From: Chthoniobacterales bacterium
GTDB taxonomy: Bacteria > Verrucomicrobiota > Verrucomicrobiia > Chthoniobacterales > UBA6821
DNA: 64,000 nt
Reading direction: 5' to 3'
NCBI GenBank assembly: GCA_044236545.1
Contig: JBIIGI010000002.1
Span: forward strand, 134-64,133
Shown: positions 26,761 to 34,706 of the stretch, piece after piece
Numbering within the stretch: position 1 is the stretch's first letter
Layout: every line of letters starts with the position of its first letter
Position numbers and translations under genes: made by a program
The notes under the pieces: model-generated
Told to the model about the DNA's origin: nothing
The model's database searches: none
Seen by the model: the letters and a program-made list of their open reading frames with translations, nothing else

Positions 26761-28997
26761 GGCAATTGGTCTTCGTAGGCTGAGACGGGAAGGGCGGGAT
26801 CAAGGGGTTTCTTGAATCGGTAATATTTCTCGTCCTCGGTGGTTGCTCCCGTTCGGAGAACGGTTCCGTCCGGCTGCACTTCAAAGGGGAGGTGATCGTC
26901 GTACAGGCCCCTCAGAGCATGTGCCCGTACGCCCGAAGCCTCGAACTCCAGAAACCCGCTGTTCCCCGTGGGATCGATCACCTTGTCCGAGGTAAGAAGC
27001 AACCAAGGAAGGAGCATTTCATCCGAGGTTGATTCTCCAAGGAACACGGGGCGCGGTGGGCTGAAGGGATTTTTCGGATTTGCCGAGCTGTTGTCGTAGA
27101 TGGCCGAAAACCTGATCTTGGTTCCCTTGGGCAAAAAACGGGGCTCTTTGAAAAAGTACGGCTGCTGCCATTCGTACTGCCAATGTGGGACCTTTGCGAT
27201 CGTGAATTGGCTTTGATCCGGAAGGATTGCTACTGCATCAAGGGACTGGGCCAGCAGGTGCGCATGGGGGGCCATGCCGGCAATCATGCAATCTTCAGGA
27301 ACAGTCCACTCCCCGCTGACCTTCATGTTCTTCATCCCGGCGGGAATGACTACAAAGTTGCCGTGAAGATAACGGATGCTCACCTTTTTCGGGGGAATCT
27401 TTCCATCCTTGCCAAGCCAGAGTGCTATCCGTGTGGAATCCTCAGCCTGGATTCCGGTGCGATGATAGTGCATCTGGGCAATGAGATCACTTCCTGCGGG
27501 GATGATGAAATCGGCATCTGCGGGAGCCGTGTAGGCACGTGTGCCCGGAACGTAGCCGCTGAGAAAGCTGATGACAGGCATGCCGTCCGGCCTCGGCGGG
27601 GGAATGCGAAATCCCGCGCCATGACGAGCCCAGAACCCGGGGCCACTATCACCCTGGGTGAAGGTGGGCCCGGGTCCGCCATGGTCACGAAGAGCCTGCT
27701 CCGCTTCGGTATACGGCAGATAACCTATGAGCGCGTGATGCACGATTGAACGGTTGGAGGGAAGCAATTGGATGGCCCGAACATGCAGGTCTGCGCTGTT
27801 GTTGAGCGTAAAAACAAGATGGCGATAGATATCACTTCCGATTGGCCCTAGGTGGAACGGCTCCCCTTGCTCGAGAATGATATCGGGAGGGCCGAGGTCT
27901 TCCTGAAACTTGGAGAAATCGGCCAAGGGAGGCAACGGGGAGGCCGAGTTTTCGTCTCCTTCGGGCTTCCCCGACTTGATCCAGGATTCGAGTGTTGCCA
28001 GTTCCGCAGCACTGATCGTATTTGCATTACGGATCGCCAGATCGCTCTCCACTTGGGCGGGCGGCATCCGGCCGGCCTTGATCTCCCGAAGGCCCGTCTT
28101 CATCCAGTCCACGGCATCGTCGTAGCTGGTGAGGGTAAACGGGCCCGCATTTCCCTCGCTGTGGCACGACATGCAATGGTTGCGTAAAATAGGGGCCACA
28201 TCCTTGTGGTAGGTGATCATGCTTTCCGTGGAAGCCGCGGGAGTAGATGCAGGAAGTGGATCCTGACGCACGATCGCGCACCCGACTGGAAGCGTGCGGG
28301 GAAGACGAACCACCGATCCCGCTACGACATCACACAGCGCCTCCCGCAGGTCTTCCCTCACGGGAGTTTGGCTTTGCACGCCGCGGACCTGATAAAGATC
28401 GTTGATGCGGCCCATGTATCGAACTTTTGCATCCCGATCCAAAACGAATGCCTCCGGAGTCGCCGTGGCGGAGAGCGCGGAGGCCACCTTGCCCTCGTTA
28501 TCCACAAACAACGGGAAGGAGACCCCGTAATCCTTTTTGAATTTTTCCAAGTCGGCAATCTGCGTGCCATCGGTAAAAACCCCGAGAACTTGCACGCCCT
28601 GAGGCTGTTTCTCCTTCCAGAGTTTTTCCAAGACCGGAGCAACCCTCTGGCATAAGGGGCAGGTGTCATATAGGAACACAATGACTGTGGCCGATGTCCC
28701 GGTGCATTCCGACAGGGGGCGTAGGGCTCCCGAAGGGTCGTTAAGGTTGAGCGTGCTCGTGGCTATCGGCGTCTCCGGCAAGGGATCGAGATGACTCTGC
28801 TGAACGTTCGGCGCCCCTTCTCCTTCTTGGGTGGGTTGGTTTTGCGAAAAAGCAACCCCCTGCGTCCAGAGAAGCATGGTCACGACTATCAATACCCCGA
28901 GGCATCCTCTTCCGGATGAGAAGTATGGGGGATGAAATGTCATCGGGGGTTGGATTTGACGGCACGCATGGTGACAGATCTCACGAGTCAAGTGCAC
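26757..28997 (-). CDS. Secreted tri-domain protein: TlpA/redoxin (CPLC) + c-type heme site (CMSCH) + copper type II monooxygenase (PHM/DBH)-like domain
   Basis: VIVFLYDTCPLCQR redoxin motif. VAPILRNHCMSCHS is a PSCyt-type cytochrome c motif. His clusters (IVHHALIGY, MHYHRTG, MAPHAHLL) resemble Cu-monooxygenase ligands. The start may be ATG 28943 (MTFHPP...). Confidence 0.75.
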   Translation of the reverse strand: MHLTREICHHACRQIQPPMTFHPPYFSSGRGCLGVLIVVTMLLWTQGVAFSQNQPTQEGEGAPNVQQSHLDPLPETPIATSTLNLNDPSGALRPLSECTGTSATVIVFLYDTCPLCQRVAPVLEKLWKEKQPQGVQVLGVFTDGTQIADLEKFKKDYGVSFPLFVDNEGKVASALSATATPEAFVLDRDAKVRYMGRINDLYQVRGVQSQTPVREDLREALCDVVAGSVVRLPRTLPVGCAIVRQDPLPASTPAASTESMITYHKDVAPILRNHCMSCHSEGNAGPFTLTSYDDAVDWMKTGLREIKAGRMPPAQVESDLAIRNANTISAAELATLESWIKSGKPEGDENSASPLPPLADFSKFQEDLGPPDIILEQGEPFHLGPIGSDIYRHLVFTLNNSADLHVRAIQLLPSNRSIVHHALIGYLPYTEAEQALRDHGGPGPTFTQGDSGPGFWARHGAGFRIPPPRPDGMPVISFLSGYVPGTRAYTAPADADFIIPAGSDLIAQMHYHRTGIQAEDSTRIALWLGKDGKIPPKKVSIRYLHGNFVVIPAGMKNMKVSGEWTVPEDCMIAGMAPHAHLLAQSLDAVAILPDQSQFTIAKVPHWQYEWQQPYFFKEPRFLPKGTKIRFSAIYDNSSANPKNPFSPPRPVFLGESTSDEMLLPWLLLTSDKVIDPTGNSGFLEFEASGVRAHALRGLYDDHLPFEVQPDGTVLRTGATTEDEKYYRFKKPLDPALPVSAYEDQLP

Positions 28998-29964
28998 TTA
29001 TTATCGTGGCATGAGGGAGGAGGTGCGATTTTGACCGCAGTGGCCAACCCGAGATGCCTCATCATCGAGATCACCATCCAGCTCGGGTCGATCTGCCGCC
29101 ACGTGAGTCCATGGCGGGCGCTGGACGGGAAAGCGTGGTGATTGTTATGCCATCCCTCTCCGAGACCGAGAATCCCCATCAGGAAGTTGTTTCGGCTCTC
29201 GTCACCGGTCTGGTGATCCCGGCTTCCCCAGAAGTGGCAAATGCTGTTCACGCTCCAGGTGACGTGATGAACCATGAAGACCCTGACCAGACCGCCCCAG
29301 AGGAACCCCAAGAATGCCCCGGTCCAGGTGTGGGTGACCACGCCGGCGATCACCCCAGGAATGAGCAATCCGATCACGGCCCAGAGGAGAAAAAGCCGAT
29401 CGATGGTGACGATGCGGGGGTCAGCGAGCAAGTCCGGGGCGTAGCGTTGAGGATCGGTCCGCGTGGAGTCAGAGTTGAAAAACCATCCCATGTGGGCATG
29501 GAGAAGTCCCTTGATGGCTCCCAAGATACCGGGCTTCCTGCCTACGTGGGGGGAATGGGGATCCATTTCCTTGTCGGAGTAGCGGTGATGCCGCCGATGG
29601 GTGGCAACCCACCAGATGAGGTTACCCTCCACCGCCATGCTGCCAAGAACTCCCAGCGTGTAGACGATGGCCGGGTTGGTCTTGAATCCTCCGTGGGAAA
29701 AAGACGGTGAAATCCGATTGTGATTCCAAAACCGGTCAGAAGGTACATCACGCCGAAGAGCGCCAAATACATGGGGCCGAAATACCCTCCCCAAAGCAGG
29801 ATCATCGCAGCAATCACGCCGAGAGGCGGCAGAAAGATCACCACAACGCGGATCAACTTCCAGAGGAGAGTATGGGGTCGCTCCCGATGCAACGCATTCG
29901 CCCCCTTCAGTGCGTGATCATGGACGATTTCTCCTCTCATAAGCAGTGGGAAACTATCCCTCAT
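28988..29964 (-). pseudogene. Membrane fatty-acid desaturase copy 2, frameshifted within His box 1
   Basis: ORF 29542..29964 reads ...GFGITIGFHRLF, then goes out of frame. ORF 28988..29794 picks up ...SHGGFKTNPAIVY..HRRHHRYSD..HNNHHAFP. The frames meet at the A5 run 29698-29702 (T5 on the coding strand). One extra T would restore HRLFSH. Confidence 0.75.
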
Positions 29965-30766
29965 CCTTTTTCAAAAACAAGCGTGCGGGGACACGACGCT
30001 CTTCCGCAGATGAGTAGTCTTTCACGCATGCCCCCCGGGAAAAAAGGGTCAACCGGGAGTGGTGCGGTTTCCTGCCAAGGGATCGGCACGGCGGGATGGC
30101 GTGATACCTCATAGCGGCCGATTCACCTGAGACCTCCAGGATGGTCATGCTCACTGTCTCTGCGTCATCCCTGTGCATGCAAATTGAAGCGGCCCCCTCA
30201 TCCGGATCGTGTGAGGAGTGTAACCGCTCAAGCCACGGAAGCGTGCCGGCATCAGGTTCCTCAGCCGCCTTGAGACATGCGGCACTCCTTGTCGTGATGG
30301 CGGAGGCTTCATCGTGTCCCGAGGAAAACCAATGGGCCGTGGTCAAAGGGTGATCCACCCGTTCGGTTCCGGATCCCTCCGAGCGGTATTCACGGATGCC
30401 GTCGGCGCTCCTGCCGATCACAAAGAGACGGAATGGATTCAATCGTTCCAGCGGAAGCAAAAACAGGCTTCGTTCCATGTCGTCCAGTGAAGGGAAGGCA
30501 AGGAGCCGCGGGATGATTGCGCCACGACTGAACGCCGGATCTCCTTTGTATTGTGGGCGTGAGTACCAGTTGATCAAGGCTACACAGAGTCCCGCCTCAT
30601 TGATTCCGATCCAGGTCCCACCGGCCGGTTCAAAGGGGTAGAGGGCGGAAAGATCGCCGCACCGGTGCACGGCGGGAGGAAGGGCTGCTGTGCGGGCGCG
30701 CTGTTCATCGCGGTTCATCCCGAGCAGGATTCCGTCGGCCTTGGGGACAAGGGAAAGGGTGCACAT
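29954..30766 (-). CDS. NRDE-family (TANGO2/DUF833-like) protein
   Basis: Starts MCTLSL (Cys2, Ntn-hydrolase-like) and carries the eponymous GMNRDE motif. Confidence 0.8.
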   Translation of the reverse strand: MCTLSLVPKADGILLGMNRDEQRARTAALPPAVHRCGDLSALYPFEPAGGTWIGINEAGLCVALINWYSRPQYKGDPAFSRGAIIPRLLAFPSLDDMERSLFLLPLERLNPFRLFVIGRSADGIREYRSEGSGTERVDHPLTTAHWFSSGHDEASAITTRSAACLKAAEEPDAGTLPWLERLHSSHDPDEGAASICMHRDDAETVSMTILEVSGESAAMRYHAIPPCRSLGRKPHHSRLTLFSRGACVKDYSSAEERRVPARLFLKKDEG

Positions 30767-30770
30767 CGGA

Positions 30771-32399
30771 TCAGTCGGCGACAGGGTGACAACGGCTGAG
30801 ACGGCGGTAGGAAATCCACTCCCTCAGGATCGTAGTGACGGAATCAGGACGATGTCCCCGCTTTCTGTTTTCCGCTCCGATGGCAAAGGCGAGTTCCCAG
30901 TGACGGAAAAGCAGGGCAAACGCCTCCGTGATCCTCTTCGAGGCGTCGTAGGCGCTGGTCGGTTCCCCGGCCACCCCGTTGAGCTCAAGGATCTGGAATC
31001 CCCGTCCCTGGCCGAGGGCTTGGGCCGACTCGTAGCGCACGTCGTAGCGTCCGATAAAGAACCCGTGAAGAGCTTTCGATATCCGGTCAATGGATCCCTC
31101 CAGCTCCTCCGTACAAAGAGACATGCCGTCGCTGAAGAGGCATCCTTGGGCGTGGTTTCCGGCCTCGACGAGACGGAGCGCCTCCCCTTGTTGAAGCACG
31201 TGGCCCCGTCGCTCGTGGAATCGTCTCAGCAATGTCTCCGATTGGTTTCTGGCACGCTCATCCCCCAGAATGAGTTGCTCGATGGTTTGCTCTCCATCGC
31301 CGATGAGCTTCGGGAAATGCTTTTCCGTGATGGCCAAGATCCTCCCCTTCTCCGCGCCGGGAAACCGGTAGTAGAAGATTCCCGCCTCAAGTGGTCCGGG
31401 TACATAGCGCTGGACGATCACGGGCAGCGGAACCGCCTCCAGATATGCCCCCGCCTCTTCTCGGGAGCGGATGACTTTGAATCCGCTCCCGCGCAATCCG
31501 AGATCCGGTTTCAGGATGACCGGGTAGTGTGTCCCGCTGTCGCTGAGGAAGTCATCAAAGGCGGCAATCCTCGAACCGGTCAAGTCATCCACTGCTTCCG
31601 GAATCAGTGCCGTTGCCGGCACGAATTCGGGTGAGGTTTCCAACAGCTCTCTCAGGGTGGCGAACTTGGATTCACCCACCAGACCTCCTGTCTTGATGCC
31701 GGGATTGGCGGCGCTCGGCAGGGTGATGGAGCCGTGTTGCACCGAGAGGGTCAGGTAGCGCCATGCGATCGGGAGATAAAAGATCCATGCGGGCCAGAAC
31801 TCCCACCGCGTGAGTCTCTCCAGGGCGGGTAGTTTCGAGAGCGTGCGGATCAGAAAGCCGGTGAGGCGGATTCCAACGATAAGAAGAACCATCCCCCCGA
31901 GAATCCAGAGCAGATGACCCTTGAGTGCGTGGATAAAGTCGGGTGCGGCATGCCCCAGCAGGTGAACGATGAGAAAGACCGCAATAACCCAAACTGCGGC
32001 CAATGTTCCGGTCAGAAGAAGAAACAGCGCGGTATCCATGCGGAGAAAACCCGCCGCCAGGAATGTCGGCAGTCTCAGTCCTGGAATAAACCTCGAGACG
32101 GCGATCGCCACGATGCCGCTCTTCCGGAACCATTCTTCACTCCGCTCGATCCGCTCTTTCCAGCGTGATCCCGACTTCAGGAAGCGCGAGGCCATCGGTC
32201 GCCCGCCATGCTTTGCGAGCAGATAGAGAAGGAAATCCCCGCTCCAGATTCCTCCGAAGCACGCAAGAAAACCCTCCCAGGGGATGAGGGTGCCGGAGGC
32301 CACCGCAAGACCGCCTGCCAGCACAGCGGCATCCTCTGAGAGATAAGTGAAGAAGAAGAGAGCAATCAGCTCCCAAATCCCATGCGGAGAACCATCCAT
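30771..32399 (-). CDS. Fusion protein: N-terminal DedA/VTT membrane domain plus C-terminal ATP-grasp carboxylate-amine ligase-like domain
   Basis: N-terminus FFFTYLSEDAAVLAGGLAV and 5-6 TM helices. C-terminus PVILKPDLGLRGSGFKVI (ATP-binding Lys loop), VIVQRYVPG and FQILELNGVAGEPT (the ExN Mg-ATP motif of the ATP-grasp fold). Confidence 0.7.
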   Translation of the reverse strand: MDGSPHGIWELIALFFFTYLSEDAAVLAGGLAVASGTLIPWEGFLACFGGIWSGDFLLYLLAKHGGRPMASRFLKSGSRWKERIERSEEWFRKSGIVAIAVSRFIPGLRLPTFLAAGFLRMDTALFLLLTGTLAAVWVIAVFLIVHLLGHAAPDFIHALKGHLLWILGGMVLLIVGIRLTGFLIRTLSKLPALERLTRWEFWPAWIFYLPIAWRYLTLSVQHGSITLPSAANPGIKTGGLVGESKFATLRELLETSPEFVPATALIPEAVDDLTGSRIAAFDDFLSDSGTHYPVILKPDLGLRGSGFKVIRSREEAGAYLEAVPLPVIVQRYVPGPLEAGIFYYRFPGAEKGRILAITEKHFPKLIGDGEQTIEQLILGDERARNQSETLLRRFHERRGHVLQQGEALRLVEAGNHAQGCLFSDGMSLCTEELEGSIDRISKALHGFFIGRYDVRYESAQALGQGRGFQILELNGVAGEPTSAYDASKRITEAFALLFRHWELAFAIGAENRKRGHRPDSVTTILREWISYRRLSRCHPVAD

Positions 32400-32942
32400 T
32401 CAGGAACGGGAGAGGGCACTTTCCTTCCGGTAATGGACGGTCGAGGGGGCGACTCCAAATCCCTTGGGGAGGAGGGCGCCAAGCGACCGGCAGATCATCG
32501 CGATAAGGGCGTAGTGATGGATCGCATGAGAAATGGAGAACATAACCTCCCTCTCGAAGGAGGAGTGCACGACGGGTGAGTGGCTCTCCGTATAGGAGAC
32601 CCCGCATCTCACGGTCACGGGGGAGGCGAGGATGGAGGTGTCGAGAGAGGAGGCCAGATCCTGAAGGTGACGTGTCATTTCAAGTGCCGCGCGACGATTA
32701 TTCTCGAGTTCTGGATCACGTTTGCGGGCGTCGTAGTCGATCCCGCCGGAGGCATCGCCCGTCAGTAGCGCCCCGAAATGATCGAGGCAGTGACGATAAT
32801 GGGCCCCGATCGAGGCTCCCGAGGCGATCGGAAGCATCGCCGTGTAGGTCGCGTCATCGAGGGAGTCGAGCAGGGAGGTTCCCTGCGCAAGAACCGCACC
32901 TAGGGATTCGATCAGTGTGTTGGCGGCCGTTTCCTTCTCCAT
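32400..32942 (-). CDS. DinB-family (DinB_2-like) four-helix metalloprotein
   Basis: His-rich helices IGAHYRHCLDHF and SISHAIHHYALI. ATG 32942 shares one base with the DoxX stop, and the stop abuts the next gene's start. Confidence 0.55.
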   Translation of the reverse strand: MEKETAANTLIESLGAVLAQGTSLLDSLDDATYTAMLPIASGASIGAHYRHCLDHFGALLTGDASGGIDYDARKRDPELENNRRAALEMTRHLQDLASSLDTSILASPVTVRCGVSYTESHSPVVHSSFEREVMFSISHAIHHYALIAMICRSLGALLPKGFGVAPSTVHYRKESALSRS

Positions 32943-33346
32943 CAGGGGAGCAGCTTGCCGATCACGGGAATGGAACGGCGATGGATCAGGAGAAGAATGG
33001 CTGAGCAAAGGGCGACGGTGAGCGCCAATCCGAAGAGCAGGCCATGATCATTCATGACCACGATGCCGAGCACTGTCAGGTGACTCATGATTGCCCCTCC
33101 CATTACGGCGAGCGCGAGGCCGGCGCCTAGCCAGACGGTTCCCGGGATCAGGAGCAGGATCGCAGCGATCAGTTCGGCGATTCCGGAGCCGATGCGGCCC
33201 GGGGCTCCGAGTCCTACCTTATCGAAGATGTAGACCGACTCGGGTGCGGCGGTGAATTTGAAGAACAGGGTCTGGGCCAAGATCACGGCGGCGGTGATCC
33301 GAAGGAGCCAAGAGAGAATGGAGAGTGCTTTGGAGGGTTGGTTCAT
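32942..33346 (-). CDS. DoxX-family membrane protein
   Basis: 134 aa with four TM helices. RITAAVILAQTLFFKF...GIAELIAAILLLIP is typical of DoxX. Confidence 0.75.
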   Translation of the reverse strand: MNQPSKALSILSWLLRITAAVILAQTLFFKFTAAPESVYIFDKVGLGAPGRIGSGIAELIAAILLLIPGTVWLGAGLALAVMGGAIMSHLTVLGIVVMNDHGLLFGLALTVALCSAILLLIHRRSIPVIGKLLP

Positions 33347-33383
33347 GGTGGAGTCAGGCGTTGGTCAATGATCAGAGAGGTGG

Positions 33384-33833
33384 TTACTTGCCTTTTTTCT
33401 CCTCGAGGAGGGGCCAGTTTTGGTCTGCCTTCCCGAGATTCACGGCGGCATCTTTGTTGAACTTTTCCATGATCCCCTTGCTGTACTGGAGGAGGAGCCG
33501 GCCGTTCACGATCTGGAATGCCGTGGGATCGATTTCGACCAACGATCCTCTTGAGAGGCCATAGGCACAGAACCCTCCGAACTGCGGTTCGTACTTGGCG
33601 GGATTGGTGTCGAAGGTCGCCTTGTGCTCGGGGGTGGCGAAGTAGTAAGTCACCCCATCGGCGGTGCTGGTGATCGAGGAGTTCCCTTGGATGGCCTTGG
33701 CGTCAGTGAAATAGGCGACCGGGTCGTATCCCTTGATGCCGAGTCCATGGCGGTCGACATTGACCAGCGTTTTTGCGGGTAGTAATGAGGTCGCCGCAAG
33801 AAAGAGGAGCGGGGTCAGGAAGCGGTTCTTCAT
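33384..33833 (-). CDS. Secreted YHS-domain protein
   Basis: Internal ATG 33833 gives the signal peptide MKNRFLTPLLFLAATSLLPA. KGYDPVAYFTD...YYFATPEHKATFDTNPAKYEPQFGGFCAYG is the YHS/TRASH-like pattern. Confidence 0.8.
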   Translation of the reverse strand: MKNRFLTPLLFLAATSLLPAKTLVNVDRHGLGIKGYDPVAYFTDAKAIQGNSSITSTADGVTYYFATPEHKATFDTNPAKYEPQFGGFCAYGLSRGSLVEIDPTAFQIVNGRLLLQYSKGIMEKFNKDAAVNLGKADQNWPLLEEKKGK

Positions 33834-33938
33834 GGCACGAATGTGTCTCAATTTCAGTAGACAGGGGATGGGGGATTTGAAAGAAGATTTCTCCATGGGA
33901 GGCATGATCTGTACAATGCCCAAAAGACACTCTCTTTC

Positions 33939-34706
33939 GTGATGTTCAAGAACCGATACGCCGTCCGATTTGCCTCGGGCCGGGAGGAGATCAGGGCGGC
34001 TTTGCGGCTGCGATTCGAGGTCTTCAATCTGGAAATGAACGAAGGTCTGCGTTCTTCCCACGAAGCCGGCGTCGACGAGGATGAGTACGACGCCGTCTGC
34101 GACCACCTCATCATTCTCGAGGAAAACTCGGGTGTCATCGTCGGAACCTACCGGATGCAGAGCGGCGCCATGGCTGCGGGTAACCTAGGTTACTACAGCG
34201 CCAGGGAGTTTGACTTCTCTCCTTTCGAGTCGATCCGCGGTTCCCTGATCGAGTTGGGGCGTGCCTGCGTCCACAGGGATCACCGGAGCATCATCGTCAT
34301 CAGCATGCTCTGGAAGGAGATCGTTCGCTACGTGCTGAAGAATAATGCCCGCTACATGATCGGATGCAGCTCCCTGACCTCTCAGGATCCTGCCCTGGGT
34401 CATGCCATGTACCGGAAGATGGCAAAGGAGGGAGCGCTTGCCGATGCCTCCTTTCTCACAAAACCGCTCCCGCACTTCGCACTCCCCCTTGCTGAGCCGC
34501 TGGAACCATGTCCCCCTCCCCCGAAACTCTTGAGGGCCTATCTCGGAGTGGGTGCCAAGATCTGCGGGGAGCCTGCCATCGACCGTGAGTTCGGGACGAT
34601 TGACTTTCTGACCATGCTGGATTGCCGGCATGGATCGCCCATTGCCACGGAACGCTTCCTGGAGCGCCCCAATGGAATCAAGGAGATGAAGGAATCCACA
34701 TCGTGA
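33939..34706 (+). CDS. OlsB/GlsB-family amino-acid N-acyltransferase (GNAT/hemolysin-like; lyso-aminolipid synthase)
   Basis: FKNRYAVRFASGREEIRAALRLRFEVFNLEMNEG...DEDEYD..CDHLII..GTYRM is characteristic of the lyso-ornithine/glycine-lipid synthase family. Start is GTG 33939 or ATG 33942. Confidence 0.7.
   Translation: MMFKNRYAVRFASGREEIRAALRLRFEVFNLEMNEGLRSSHEAGVDEDEYDAVCDHLIILEENSGVIVGTYRMQSGAMAAGNLGYYSAREFDFSPFESIRGSLIELGRACVHRDHRSIIVISMLWKEIVRYVLKNNARYMIGCSSLTSQDPALGHAMYRKMAKEGALADASFLTKPLPHFALPLAEPLEPCPPPPKLLRAYLGVGAKICGEPAIDREFGTIDFLTMLDCRHGSPIATERFLERPNGIKEMKESTS

Noticed and set aside
29698-29702. Programmed -1 ribosomal frameshift or transcriptional slippage in the desaturase paralogue
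   Set aside because: The run is only five residues, the P-site codon (CTT) would re-pair poorly, and no obvious downstream stimulatory structure was seen. An indel (a real mutation or an assembly error) is the simpler reading. It is retained only as a minor alternative in the finding.
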